A stretch of DNA of 63,156 nt, counting the filler. It is 12 parts of 12 records of this genome, joined end to end, with 100 filler letters (N's around TTAATTAATTAA, not from the genome) between each part and the next. Parts side by side here need not be neighbours in the genome. Positions count along the whole stretch, not along the records: positions 31,120 to 36,410 come from SRR7504441_22581; positions 36,511 to 40,297 come from SRR7504441_22610; positions 40,398 to 50,863 come from SRR7504441_22820; 9 more parts are not named here. One strand, 5' to 3'. Shown here in pieces: positions 33,241-46,054 of this stretch. How positions within the stretch are numbered: position 1 is the stretch's first letter; each line of letters starts with the position of its first letter. The notes below the pieces were generated by a model. That model saw only the letters and a program-made list of their open reading frames with translations. It was not told the DNA's origin and searched no databases. A program made the translations under genes and the position numbers.

Positions 33241-34393
33241 TCATGCCCTAACCTCACCCTGGCACTATTCACGTCGTGAGACGGTGCAGGTTCAAGCGCG
33301 GGGCCACCTTGGGGAAGAAATCCAGGGTCGTCCCATTCTGAGCGCTTGCAGCTGCTGTGATGGCGTGCTCGGTCTTGGGTTTCTTATTCGACGGCTCCTG
33401 CCAAAGGCAGGTTCACATTTTGGTTCATGATAGGCCCAGCCGGCTCACCGCGCAGTCCGACTCGGGCTCTGATTCACCCGGCCGGGGCATTGACCGCTGC
33501 ACGCCACTCGTTCCTAGCAGCGTGTCTAGTGCTGAAGTGTTCTCGTTAGTGGCTTGGTTCTCAGCGTCCTCACTTTCACCAGCAAGCGATGCACTTGCAA
33601 GCGAGGCGAGGCTCGCCAGGCTGTGCGCTGAAGACTGGCGGCGGAGGGTCTCGTGCGAAGTCTCGCTCGAGGTCGGCTTGGCAAACAGCTCAAATGGTCC
33701 TGTGACGCCCCAGAAGGAAGTGATCTGCTCCTGGTTGGGCCCGAGCTCTCTCGCATTGACCCGGAATACGAACTGGCGACCGTTGTGCGCTTTGGACGTG
33801 ATGTTGGTGGCTAGTTTCATTAAAACTTCAACCCGCTGGGTCTTGCTTGCAATTGAAACCTGCCACGCAGCCAAGCTTAGCAACACGCTCTGGATGATGG
33901 CACGTGGGCCCCGCACCCGCATCAGATCGCGGATGGACAGGTTGGGCGGGGCCGTGCGACCCTTTAGGCACAACTGCGAGCCATGGCACGTGCTGATCGC
34001 GAAGGTGTTGCCCGGGGCGAGTACCACGTCGGTCTCTGTCCGCAGGATGGACCCGTCGAACTTGACCAGGTTGAGGCTATCGGGGAACCGCTTGCTGCCG
34101 CTCTTGGTCCCGATTATGGAGTAGTCGCTGTGTAGCAGCTCCACCTCGATCTCGAACCCCGAGCCATCCTCACAGCGGTCCGGCTGCCGGAAGGCCCGAA
34201 TCCAGCGGAGCGACTCATCATCGGTGAGTCCATGGAAGCTGAGTGCCATCACCATGGCGCGGTTGTTGCTCCGGAGGCGACCTGCGTCAGATGGATGAGT
34301 GGGCACGCTGGGCCCGGTGAGGGCGAGGGCACCTTCACAGGCGCCCACCCCCTGTTGCATTTGAATGGATATGGAACGCTTGCGAGTGTCCAT
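33241..34393 (-). CDS. Hypothetical protein, possible Ig-fold (CudA/STAT/Ndt80-like) DNA-binding domain
   Basis: Long ORF; motif KL..NITSKAHNGRQFVFRV...TGPFELFAKP, Ser-rich tail, spliced NKKPK. Family assignment is inference. Confidence 0.5.
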
Positions 34394-34919
34394 TGGAACG
34401 GAGGGGGCAATGCGGTCCAAGCAGGGGACAGGGCTAGCACTAAAGGCGGCAAGCAAACGGAATGGCCGACTGACTCACGCGATGCAACCGGCTCAGGCCC
34501 CTCTTCCCCTGAAGCTCTGGCGTATGAACCAGCCAATCGTGGTGGCAACAACCGCAGTAGCCAACGGTACAACGGACTCAGACCGGCCTGAAAACGCGCT
34601 GGTGGAAAACTGAACGTTTGCGCGATGGCAATCAATACAATACAATACATACAAGATTGAGGTACGTACATTTGAGCACACACGCATACACTCTCGACGA
34701 ATACTCGACACGTGTATCAATCGACCTGCGGGACCTGATCATTATCGAGGTCATGATTGGACAGATTGGTACGGTTAGCGGGCTCGCCAAGATCGTGATG
34801 CGCCGACACGCCGGCCTCCTCGAGTTGCCTGGCGAGTACAAAATCTATCACGCCAGCCAGCCAGCCAGCAGCGGCACCGCTCAATATGTCGGATTGCGTC
34901 CTGAATGGTGCCGCTTTCC

Positions 34920-35892
34920 CTAAGAAACTGTTCGTGCCTGCTCCGCACAAGCTCGCTCCGCCTGCCCAGCCACTAGCCGCCAGCCCGTCAGCTCCGGCGG
35001 CACCGGAACATTCGGTCCAGTCGCTCGAGCGACGCCTCGATCGCCGCGTCGTGCTGCATGTGCGCCTCCGCCTCGGCCGGCTGCCAGACATCGGCCAGCA
35101 GCCGCTGCTCGAGCCCAGAGTTCCCCAGATGCCCGCGGACCGAGTTGGCGTGCAGGAAGAGTTCCGAGCTGGCCCCGCACAGGATCTCGAGCACCTGCGG
35201 CCGGGGCAGCCTCGGCTTGCGCTTGGGCTTGCTCTCGCTGCCCGCCAGTCAGCAGCGGCTGGAGCCCGCAGCGCACGGCTCTTCCAGCCCCAAAGCCCAG
35301 TCCCCCGCCCCAGCCAGCAGCATCGACTGGGCCTGCTCCAGCAGCCGAACTGCCTCCGCCTCGGACAGGCCGCACCCGAACGCCCGGGCCTCGCCCTTGA
35401 GCAGCTCGCCCCCTCGCGGCTCGCGCGCCTGCCCCGGCTGAGCCCGGTACCCACCAGAACGGCTGCCTGGGAGCGGAGCACTACAATCCCGACCCGGAGC
35501 ACAGCCTGGGCCAGACCCCTGAGCTGCTGCGCCAGCGGCAACCTGCCCCAGCCTCACCGGCGCCCGCGCGCCCGGCACCCGGAGCCGTCCGACTGGCGGA
35601 GCAGCGTGGCCGCCAGCCCGAGCAGGCAGCTCCGGAAGCAGTCCGCAGCCAGCTGGTCGGCCGGCCCCGCCTCGCCGCTGCAGAAGCACCCGACCGGCCG
35701 CTCGCCCGCGGGCAGGCCGGCTCCGCTCCTGAGCAGCCCCCCGGCAGTGTCCCCGCCGGCGGTGGGCGGCAGCGGCTGGAACCTCTTGACCAGGCACTGA
35801 TTCCCCCACAGCTCCCCGTACAGCAGCCCGTTCTGCCCCGTCACCGCCGCCAGCCGCGCGTACAGCTCCTTCGGGAGCGACACCACCACCAT
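34920..35892 (-). CDS. Hypothetical protein (multi-exon)
   Basis: GC-rich ORF segments linked by apparent GT-AG introns; N-terminal GLLYGE..CLVKRF..VGCF is weakly MPN-like. Confidence 0.45.
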
Positions 35893-36410
35893 CAACCCAG
35901 TGGCTGCGGGTGCTGTGTCGTGTTGAGGTACGAGTACATGTACACTACCGGCGACTGACCCTTTGACTTGTAATGTTACGTACTTCGGAGGTACGTGATC
36001 TCGGTGCCTAATATAAGTGTATTCGTAGGTACGTGATCTCGGAATAGTGTAGCTCACACCTTTTAATTTACTTGTCGTGTAAGTCAATTAACTTGTTGTG
36101 TCTAACTACGAGTATGTCGTGTCCACGAGCACTCCGGTACGGAGTCTCGTGCACTTGGCAAGATGCGGATGATTTTTTGATGATCTCAAACCACCAACCG
36201 TCGGCCGACGATGGATCATAATTCTCCAGATCCTGAGGGTTCAAACGAGATCCACTGCCCGCATTATTCGAGATCCACGACTTGAATCCCGTCCATGGGT
36301 GAAGCCCTCCCAGAACGGTTTGGGCTGAAAGGCGAGGTTGGGCTATCATCATGCGGATCGATGACTGCTCCTGGGGCAGCCCTCGAGTCGATGTAGAGGG
36401 TCTTAATCTT

Positions 36411-36510
36411 NNNNNNNNNNNNNNNNNNNNNNNNNNNNNNNNNNNNNNNNNNNNTTAATTAATTAANNNNNNNNNNNNNNNNNNNNNNNNNNNNNNNNNN
36501 NNNNNNNNNN
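36411..36510. other. Artificial contig linker
   Basis: N-run with TTAATTAATTAA. Confidence 0.99.
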
Positions 36511-38851
36511 GGCGGAGCTGATTGGGCAGGTGGCTGCAGCGCTGCAGACGTGGGTGCACGAATTGAATGCACAGCAGCTGGCAGACACAGCAGCTGCGTT
36601 TGGGCAGCTTGAGGGTTTTGATGAATTGATGAGTCTAGTTGCCAAGCGAGTTGAGCAAGAGATTGAGGACTTCAAGCCGAGTGATGTCTGTAGAGTGGTA
36701 GGAGCGCTTGCACCGTGTAGAGCTGTTCGTGAATCGGCTGTGTTTGAACCAATGGCTGCAACACTGCGTCAAGTAATTGACGGTGGCATGCTCAGTCCAG
36801 CTGAGATGCTGGGGGTGAGCAACAGGCTCCTGACCAGGTTAACGTTCTTGTTTGCTAGGTGTGTCGTCTTTCACTTCAGATGGAACAGCTGCCTGCCTTG
36901 TCTTCTTTGCCCCTCAAAGTTGTTTCTGCTGCTACTCGAAAGTTGGATGACTTCCCACCCAACCTGCTCCGTCAGGTCGCTGCAATGGTGCCAGCGCTCA
37001 CTCACAATGCCGATCAGTTCTTTCAAAAGGTGGCTGGGTATCTTGACAGCAAGTTTGTCATCCTGGACCCCATTAGTCTCACCGTAGTGGCTGCCGAGCT
37101 GGTGGCAGCCACCGACCCCATGCCACACCTGCCACTGCTGGCGCGAATTACTGAGAGCCTGAGCGAGAAAGTGCCAACGCTGGCATTCGAAGCTCTTGCC
37201 GCGCTCGCGTTCCTACTCGCTCACCAGCCTGACAGCGAGCGGGACGCTGTGCTGCTAGAGAGTACGTTGAGCGCCCTTGCAGCAGCTTGTGAGCAGCTCA
37301 CACCTGAGTCTGCTCCGCATGCGCTTGCAGCATGCATCAAGCTGGGCCGGGTCGATTTGGTTGCAAAGCTAGTTGCAGCTGTATCGGGGTGGAAGCTTGA
37401 GACTGTTGGATGGAGCCACCAGATTGGGATCATGCAGGCACTCAGGTTAACGTCTCAGCAAATAGATGGCGCACCCCAGCTGCAGGAAAAGATTGCCGGC
37501 CAGCTACTCGGTGGGACAGAGCAGCTATCATTGGTCCTCTTAGCTGATGCTGCCGCTGTAGTACTACAGTGGGCATCACCTGCTGGCAGTGCTGCACGAG
37601 AGATGGGACGCAAGCTGCGCCCAAGACTGGCAAGCTTCACTGGTCGGCAATTGATTAAACTGGCCAAGGCTGTGTTCCGATTTGGTCGCGAACCACATCA
37701 TGAGATGATTGAGGAGATGCTACAGCATGTGGACTCCAAGCTCGACTCTCTTGTGGGGACAGAGCTACTTTCGGCTGCAGCTGTACTCACTGAGATTGGA
37801 CAAGCTGGCAAGCAGCTCACAGTCAAAGTCGCCGCCGCCGTGGAGAAGCGGCTCGGCATGATGAAGCCCGCAGAGATGCTCAAGACATTTTCAGTTTTTG
37901 GCGGCCGGGCACTGCCTGCGGCTCCTGCATTGCTCACACAAGCGACTGTGGCTACAGCAAAGAAATTAGAGAGCTTCACCCCAGATCAGATTGCGCAGCT
38001 TGTTGGGCTCTTGCCACTAGGGCAGAGCTGTAGTGGGGTGCTGCTCAATCAGATTATTGAGTCTGTGCATCGTCGCCTCGCTGGGTTCAATGGAGTGCAG
38101 CTCGCAAAGCTGCTTAAGGCCACAGCAGAGGCCAACTTGCACGTCGCCGGCTTTTTGCCCAAAGCAGAGTCACGAGTACAAGCAACAGCCAAGACCACTC
38201 CACTGCCCTGGGTCACGACAGCCATTCGCTCTTTGCAGCAGCTGGAGGCTCCCTGTGTAACACTCTGCCAGGTATTTTTGCATTGATTGATCTGCAGCTC
38301 AGCTGCAGTGGCAGGTTGTGGGACAGCACTTCACCTCAGAGCTGGCTATGCAGAGAATCGATGCGTTGCCAATGCTTGCAGCTGTGCTGGCTGTGCAGCA
38401 GGCCCAGTGGCCATGTGCATGGCAATTGCTCGAAAAGTGCCATCCCAATCTGGACAAACTCAATCAACAAGCACTCCTTGAATTTACCGTAGCACTTGAG
38501 CTTTGTAAGGACGAGAGGGCAGCAGGCATGGTCCCAGGAGTGTTATCAATGCTACAGCCAGACCTGCTGACCCAGGCCCAGCTGGTCAGACTAGCCTGGG
38601 CTGCTGCAACTCTTGGGAGCACAGACAAACAGTTTGTGGCAAAACTGGCGGCAGCATGCATTCGCAAGGTGGATTGCTTTTCTCAAGCTGAATTAGCGGA
38701 TCTCTCATGGTCAATCAATAGCAAATGGCATGCTCTACATAGTCCTGAGCTCTCCGAGCTAAGCCAAGCCATTCGTGGTCGAGTTGAGGTGAGAGGCTTC
38801 CATCGGTCCTGATTCAGCTAATATGGCCTTTGCTCGCAGGTCGAAATATGA
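36511..38851 (+). CDS. Alpha-helical repeat protein, OPR/FASTK-like (5' truncated)
   Basis: Recurring repeat boundaries FKPSDV, FTGRQL, MKPAEM, FTPDQI, FNGVQL, FSQAELADLSWS; short introns. Confidence 0.7.
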
Positions 38852-39456
38852 CCCAGGCCGTTGTACTTTGGTTTTTATTGTGTCAAAGTAATTGACCGAA
38901 ATTTCTCACACAATCTAAACTTATAGTCTACTCAGAAATGTAATGAATTTCAAAGAATTTCAAATCAAATACAAATACTTATCATTTTCAAACTCTTCAG
39001 CATCCCTTCCGTCCTCCTTTACCTTTGCCTCAGGCCCAACCTAGCCCTTGAATCTTGTAGTTCCTCACATTGACTCCGGTTTGCCTCACTAATTCTGGCT
39101 CAAGCTTTGGCTCCCCTGCCTCATCTCTCACGTTCACCATAGGTATAGGGCCTCCTGGATAGTACTCGGGGGAGAGGCGGCGTACAGCACTTGAGCAATC
39201 AGGGATGTTCAATATACTACTCCATGTACGCCTGCTTAATAAAAGCTTGATGTGCATGGAATCATGATGACAGAGACTCAGTCTGCCGTACGAAGTACGT
39301 AGTCTACGAAGCACGAATCAAATCATTGAACATGAGCATGGTGTTTCTATCCGTCTATCATGATGTCGATTACATGATTGTAATGAGTCCGGTGCTACGT
39401 ACGCGCTTGCGTGCGTGCTTGCAGTCATTTTGGGCGACGTAGCTGCGCGTGTACAG

Positions 39457-40297
39457 TCATGCTGCGCTGGGAGATGAGTCTTTCCAGATGTTGATAAACA
39501 TGAAGCTGTTGGTCCGGAGACAAGCTGTCGATGAGCTCACAAGCGGAGGCAACCACTCCGTCCTCTTCTCGATCCACAGCCAAAGGTTCCATTTCAGAAT
39601 CCTCGGGAATGATGGCAGTGCCAGGTGTGTGCCAGCAGCCAGCCCGAAAACTGCTCGGTGGTCTGAGATCTGAGCCCTTCGAGCGCGAGCCCGCAGCACC
39701 ACCCAGCCCGCGACAATGGCTCGTCCTCAGCTGGAGTCAGGTCTAGCCCAGCTGCCAGCTGGTCCAGTCGCCGGCTGGCTGTGCCAGCAACGGTCTCGGG
39801 CACCTCGCGGTCGGCATCGGCTGTCAGCACCCGGAGCAGCCACACGCCCATAGCCCAGCCTTGCCAGAAGCAGCTCGGCCGGATCGCGAGCACCGTGGGC
39901 AGCCCGTCCACAACAGCCCGAGGCAGCGCTGCCCCAGACAGGCTAGCTGCCAACTCCACCACAGCGTGAGCCAGGCCGCCTCCCTGGGAGCCCGACGGGA
40001 CCAGGCGAAGCATCAGCGCCACCACACCCAGCTCCACCAGCTCCTGGGCTGCCACCGGAGCCAGCCGGGCCACCGCAGACAGCACTGTGAGGGCCGGCGG
40101 GCGGGCCCCGAGCGCATCGGCTGCCGCGAGGAGCTGGGGGAGCACCGGCCGGAGCTCGTGAGCCGGGAGGGCCTTGATCGACTCGGCCGTGATTTGGAGC
40201 AGCTGCGGGTCCCCCGACTGGCCCAGCCAGCGCACCAGCGTGTCTGCCGTCATCTCTCCCGACAGGCTCAGCGCTAGTGCAGCGGCACCATGCGCCA
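39457..40297 (-). CDS. ARM/HEAT-like helical protein, 5' truncated
   Basis: Leu/Ala-rich ORF, e.g. AQELVELGVVALMLRLV. Confidence 0.5.
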
Positions 40298-40397
40298 NNN
40301 NNNNNNNNNNNNNNNNNNNNNNNNNNNNNNNNNNNNNNNNNTTAATTAATTAANNNNNNNNNNNNNNNNNNNNNNNNNNNNNNNNNNNNNNNNNNNN
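40298..40397. other. Artificial contig linker
   Basis: N-run with TTAATTAATTAA. Confidence 0.99.
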
Positions 40398-40626
40398 GCC
40401 CCAAATAGCCGCTGGATCCCCGGCCGCACCCCAGTTGCCTTGTCGGCCATCATCCAGATCTCCCTCCTTCACTAACGGCATTTGCAGTACAACTTGTACT
40501 TGTTAAATACCGGTAGAGGCTCGGAACTTGCGATTATAATTAAACCAAAAAAACATGGTCAATTTCGTAATATGACTATCGCGCAAATTAAAGGTCAAGT
40601 GATTGCTACTCGTAGCTACTCCGTAG

Positions 40627-43600
40627 CTATACTGCCAAAGTATGCTTGTCGTCCTTGTCGTGATCGGATGATTGTGAAATCCGGATCAATTGCTGCAGCT
40701 CGCTGCCTGGGTCCGCGCGAAGTTCAGCGACTGTCCCCCATTCGAGCACCTTGCCGTCTTGCAGCACCAATATCCGGTCGTAACCAAGAATGCTATCTAT
40801 ACGATGGGCGATGGTCAGTACTGTCACACCCTGCGGTAGGTGATCCTTGAGAGCCTGCTGCACCTTCTTGTCAGTCAGAGGGTCCACCTGGCTCGTAGGC
40901 TCGTCCATGCAGATAATACTCACGCACCGCAGCATTGCCCGCGCCAAAGTGAGGAGTTGTTGCTGTCCGGTGCTCAGATCAAGCACGTCGCTCTTCAGCA
41001 GCTCATCTGGCTCCGCATTAGGTTGCAGCAGTCCACAACGGGAGAGCGCCGTGGTATGTTCACCAAGCTGATACTCCTGGAACGGATCTAGGTTTTGCAA
41101 GACAGATCCAGATATCAGCATCGGCCTCTGAGGTATGACAGCGAGCCGACGTCGCAGCGTTTGAAGGCCCACCTGCTGGAGCGGCACGCCTCCGATGCTC
41201 ACTGAGCCGCTCACAGGGTCTCGCGACCTGAACAATACAGCAAGAAGCGATGATTTGCCTGCGCCGGTTCGGCCAGCCACGCCTACTCTCTGGCCAGCCT
41301 CGATTGAAAACGTCAGTCCGCGAAGAGCTGGAGGCGAGTTGTCGTTGTAACGGAGCACAACATCCGAGAAGACAATGTCTGCATTGAGAGGCCAGTCTTT
41401 GGCAAGAAGTTTGTCGGTGTCAGCGTGCCACTCCGGTTCTTGCGGTACGAGCTCAGACTGATACTGAAGCAACCGCTGTAGAGAAGCAAAGTACATGAAT
41501 GTACTGATGATGTTGAAGCTCAAGAACAGCAGAAAGTATGGGATTGTGAACGAATATGCGAGAGCAAGTCCAGCCTCGCTAGCATCAAAGCTATCCAGAT
41601 TGACCACTATAATGATACAAGAGCATGTCGATAGCAAGCCGGATACCAGATAGCTGCAATTCATCCCCCAGTTGAGGACTGCGTTTGCTGCGAGCTGCGC
41701 CTTATTGTAGTTATCCACAGCATGATCGAACCGAGCAGTACAAAAGCTGTGTAGATTCATGGCTCTCAGCATCACATGACCCGAGACTGTCTCTTGCACA
41801 GTGCCCATCACGGGTGCCATTGCGTGGTTCGCTATTTGCTTGCAAGCATGATTTGCCCTCCGTACGTAGAAAACCAGCACGCCGTAAACTCCCAGGCCAA
41901 CTAGCATCGCGGCCACCATGATAGGCATGACCCAGCAGACAAGCACCACAAGGGCTATCAGGGTTGCCGAAAACTGCAGCGTGTTATCGATATACATTGG
42001 TAGGAACGAGTCTACATTGGCCAGGTCTGAAGAAAAGCGCGACAGGATTCTGCCACAGGGGATTCGCTCAAACCATTCCAACGGAGCATGTGCAACGTGC
42101 TCCAAACAGGCCTCGTGCAGCCCTCGACCAGCCCTGACTGAGCCTTCCGAGAGCAGGAAAGACGAGATTATCGCAAAGGTAAGAAACCCCAGGCACAGCA
42201 GTCCGTAGACCATTGCATAATATCCAGTGTCCGCTTCTGAGCCAGCGTCGATCCACTTGGCAATCCAACGATCAGAGAGGAGCATAAAGGTGTAGGTCAA
42301 AAGGCAAGCAAGTGCCCCAAGCCACAGCCAGCAACCCATTGCACGAGCATATCTGCGTAGAGGCACGTCCTCATCTAGACCCAGTGAGTCCTGAGGTTCG
42401 TCGCCTCCGGCAACTGCAGCCTCGTCCACGCTCTCGCTTTCTTTCTTCTCGTCTTTGAGCAACTCAGAAGTGAGATCTTTGGAGACCACCCCAGTCAATC
42501 CCCCCTCCCTGAGCTCCACCACCCTATCGCATGCCTTCATCAGGTGCAATTGGTTGAGCGAAAGGACAACTGTGGTAGACGGAGTCAGAGCACGCAGCGC
42601 ATCAAATATTCCTCTTGCGACTCTCGGGTCGACTGCAGCAAGCGGGTCGTCCAAGATAAGCAAATGCCCAACAGTGTACAGCGCCCGTGCTATACCGATC
42701 CGAGCTTGTTGCCCACCACTTAACATCTGCCCACGCTCCCCCACCCGGGTGTTTAGCCCAGCAGGCATCAATGTCAAGTCATAAGCCAGTTGGCTCGCCT
42801 GCACGGCCTTGTTCAACGCGTCGCTGTCAAGTGGCCTGCCCATTAGGATGTTTTCCTGGACACTGCCGCTTATCACAAGCGGGATCTGCGGCACAAACCC
42901 AACTGCTCCACCTGAGCTTGCGGGTGCCCACCGGCCATCCACACAGTTCAGCTCACCAAGCATTGCACACAACAGGGCAGACTTGCCAGAGCCCACGGGG
43001 CCAATAACACCGAGCAGCTCGCCGCGCTGCACCGTGAGCGTTACGTGCTTAAGCACGGGAGCCCCCCCCCCACTCAAAGCTGGCCTGCTCGAACACAGGC
43101 ATTGCGTTGCTTGAACCGTCAGCAGCGAGTTCGCACATCTTCATTCCATCGTCTGCGCACAGCTCAGTGGTTGATCCATCAAACAAAGGGTTGGCTATCG
43201 CCGCTTCCTGGTCAAGTCGCAGAAAAGCGTCGAGCCGCTGAGTGCTCGCAGCAACCGCCCCGAGCAGCGCCACAGTCTGAGGCACCATGATTAGACCCAT
43301 GCGCATCGCTTGATAGACAGAAAGAGCTGCAAACACATGTGAAGCTTCCCAGTCATTGGAACCACTTAGTCCAAGGTAGAGGAAGCTGCCGCCGGCGCCC
43401 ACAATCGGACAGGCCCGGCCCATTTGGACGCACCACTGCTCCATGAAGCGCTTGCGCCGGATGTGCTTGCACTCAGTCTCTCGTTCCTGTTTAATGCGTC
43501 GACAGAAAGGTGTTTCCCACGCAGAAAGCTTGACTGCCGCAGCGCCGAATATCATCTGCTTCATCAGCTCCAGCCTGTTATCCGCGGCGGCCAACGACTT

Positions 43601-44326
43601 GCCCTCGGCCTGCTTGACGAAACTGGCCACTCCAAAGTTGACGCTGATTAGAAAAAGCATCGCCCCGACCCCGACCATTGCACTGGCCGCACCGAGAAGC
43701 CAGATCAGCATGCCAATCCCACCAGATATTTGAGCCAGACCCAACGGCAGGAACGAAATGAACTTGGCGTTCTCGAGCGCCCGGCAGAGGTCGAGCCCGA
43801 CCAGCTCGGATGCTGGGGTGCCGCTCCCCCGCCCAGCCAGGCTGCTCCGCTGCACCAGCTGCCCGGCGGTCACAAAAAAGGCGCAGCCCATCCGGTCCGA
43901 GAGCCAGTGCTTGGATATGGTGCTGGTGACGCCTTCCACCAGCAGCGTAACGGTCAACCCGCACACCAGCGGGCCCAGCCGGGCCGGGTCGTTGTCCCGC
44001 TGATCCACCGCTCGCACCAGCTGCATCAGCAGCCAGCTCCGCAGCACAGTGGCCAGCAGCCCGTGCACCACCCCAGCGATCAGCCCGAGCACCATCGTCG
44101 AGCTGTGCAGCCGGCTCACCACCCGCAGCACGCTACCCCGCCGCGCCAGCCCAGCCAGCGCGTCCGCCAGCCGGCTTGAGCTCAGCCCGCGCGGCAGCCC
44201 GGGCAGGTCATCGAGCTGGCTCGGCGGCCTGAACACCAGCCGGGTGCACCACAGCAGCAGCGCCTGCGAGAGCCAGCTCTCCTCGCCGACACCGGTCAGC
44301 CCGGCTTCGCCACCACCCGCCGTCAT
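40627..44326 (-). CDS. ABCC/MRP-type full ABC transporter with a frameshift in a G10 run
   Basis: TMD1 in ORF 43049-44326; NBD1 GPVGSGKS and LSGGQ; TMD2; NBD2 GRTGAGKSS, LSTGQQQLL, IAHRI. The frames join at the homopolymer 43062-43071. Confidence 0.93.
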
Positions 44327-45068
44327 GAGAAGTTGCTCGGCCGGCCGCGCCCGGCAATTTTGCGTCGTCGACTCGTGTGCTCATCACGGTGCGGAGGGCG
44401 CGCGGCGGGGAACGGTGGAGGGTCCGGTGGTGGCACTGGGCGACGCGCTGGTGGAGACCGGGGTGGCGGCGGTGGGCCCGGTGCAGCTCGGGTGCGACGG
44501 GGAGCACATCCACTCGCAGGTCTGGGGGGCTGGGGCGGCGCTCGGCGGCTGGCTGCTCGGGGAGGCCGGCCGGGCGCTGCTGCGCGAGTGCCCGGAGGTG
44601 GTCGAGCTCGGGGCCGGCACCGGGGTGGCCGGGCTATGCGCTGGGGCGGCTGGGGCGGCCTCGGTGCTGCTAACAGACCTGCAGCAGGCGGTGCCGACCA
44701 TCGAGCGCTCGGTCGAGGCCAACCGTCTGGCGCTGGGCCGGTGCGAGGTGCGTGCCGCGGAGCTGCAATGGGGAGACATGGACCGCGCGTTCGAGCTGTG
44801 CCCGAGCGGTGCGGATCTGATCATCGGGGCCGACCTGCTGTACAACCCTGAAATTTTTGATCAGTTGCTGGCGACGGTAAGCGCACTGGCGGCCGCGCGA
44901 GACGCACGGGTGCTCATAGCGGCGGAGCAGCGGTGGGACCACGTGGGCCAGGCGTGGTGGGAGGCGCTGGAACGGTCCGAGATGGAGCTTGTGGCCAAGT
45001 GGGAGCTGCCTGCCGATAAGAGGTTGCCCCGACCTGTGTGGTGCTCCGAGCTTCACCTCGCTCAATAG
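44325..45068 (+). CDS. METTL21/Methyltransf_16-type protein methyltransferase
   Basis: QVWGAG, VVELGAGTGVAG, LLTD, LQWG, DLIIGADLLY; start codon uncertain. Confidence 0.88.
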   Translation: MRSCSAGRARQFCVVDSCAHHGAEGARRGTVEGPVVALGDALVETGVAAVGPVQLGCDGEHIHSQVWGAGAALGGWLLGEAGRALLRECPEVVELGAGTGVAGLCAGAAGAASVLLTDLQQAVPTIERSVEANRLALGRCEVRAAELQWGDMDRAFELCPSGADLIIGADLLYNPEIFDQLLATVSALAAARDARVLIAAEQRWDHVGQAWWEALERSEMELVAKWELPADKRLPRPVWCSELHLAQ

Positions 45069-45215
45069 ACAGAAAATGTACACGAAGGGCCCAGGTGTGT
45101 GGTCTAGGCTCAATCGCTCGAATGAATGTAGCTATATGTTAATTTCATCATGTACTTATACTCGAGTACGTATACCGTATAGGGTTCGGGCTTACATCAT
45201 CTACCGGTAGCTGCG

Positions 45216-46026
45216 TTAGCTGCTTGATGCGGATGTGGCGAACAGCATCATCCACTCGTCTCCACCCTTTGGCCGGCCAAAGTCCTTTTCGATCCACTCT
45301 GCGGGCTTCCATGTATCCTTCCCCTCGTCGGATCCGTAAGGGAACTCAAGCCCCAGCTTGAATCGCTTCCCACCCCTCTTGGCATAAAGCATCCCGTAGT
45401 GCGGGTCCAGGATCCTGTATTCCAACTGCTCGCCCTCCCCGCGCACCCCGGCAATCGCAAATGCGTACGTCCCATTGTCGATTAGTATCGGCGCGTTGGA
45501 AGCGTCCAGGTGCCCGCGCACTCGCTTGCGCAGCGAGGCGGGCTCCGAGACCACCTTGAAGCTGGCCGTGCGCCCGGTGGTCGAGCTTGTCCGTTCCACC
45601 GAGTCTGCAGCCAGCTCGGGGCAGTACAGCTCGAGGCTGGTCCGGAGGCTCGGGAACGCCTCCGTAAAAGCGGCCGCCACATCGTGAGGTTCGACCCAGA
45701 GCGACCGGCGGAGCGATGAGTCCGCCTCCTGCAGGAACCGCTCGACCGCCGGGCCGCGGCCCATCAGGTCGGCCAGCCGCTGCAGCTCCGGGGCCGGGTG
45801 CCCGAGCGCGGTCAGCAGCGTCTGAGCACTCCTGCCGCACACCAGTAAAGCCTGTGTGTGAGCCCCTAGCCGCCAACCTATATACGCAGCCCCAACTGAA
45901 GTCGTCCTCGCCGCGCTGGTGGTACCGAAACACCGTGCAGGCGGCCTCCGGACCGGCCCCCGGATCGGGCAAGGAGACGATCTGACTGGCCGCCCGACCC
46001 TGGCGAGTGGCCTGGCGAGTCGGCAT
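45216..46026 (-). CDS. UFSP-like peptidase C78 (catalytic domain only)
   Basis: FRYH..GEDDFSWGCVYR|SAQT across a short intron; WVEP; ILDPHY (Asp-Pro-His). Confidence 0.85.
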
Positions 46027-46054
46027 TCCGTTCGTTCCGTTATTATCGGGTGGC

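Noticed and set aside
36068-36410. Minus-strand ORF at the contig end
   Set aside because: May be a real 3' gene fragment, but no family or splice evidence supports a call.
39030-39314. Short ORF in AT-richer DNA as a gene or transposon relic
   Set aside because: No recognisable motif and no ATG start; unsupported.
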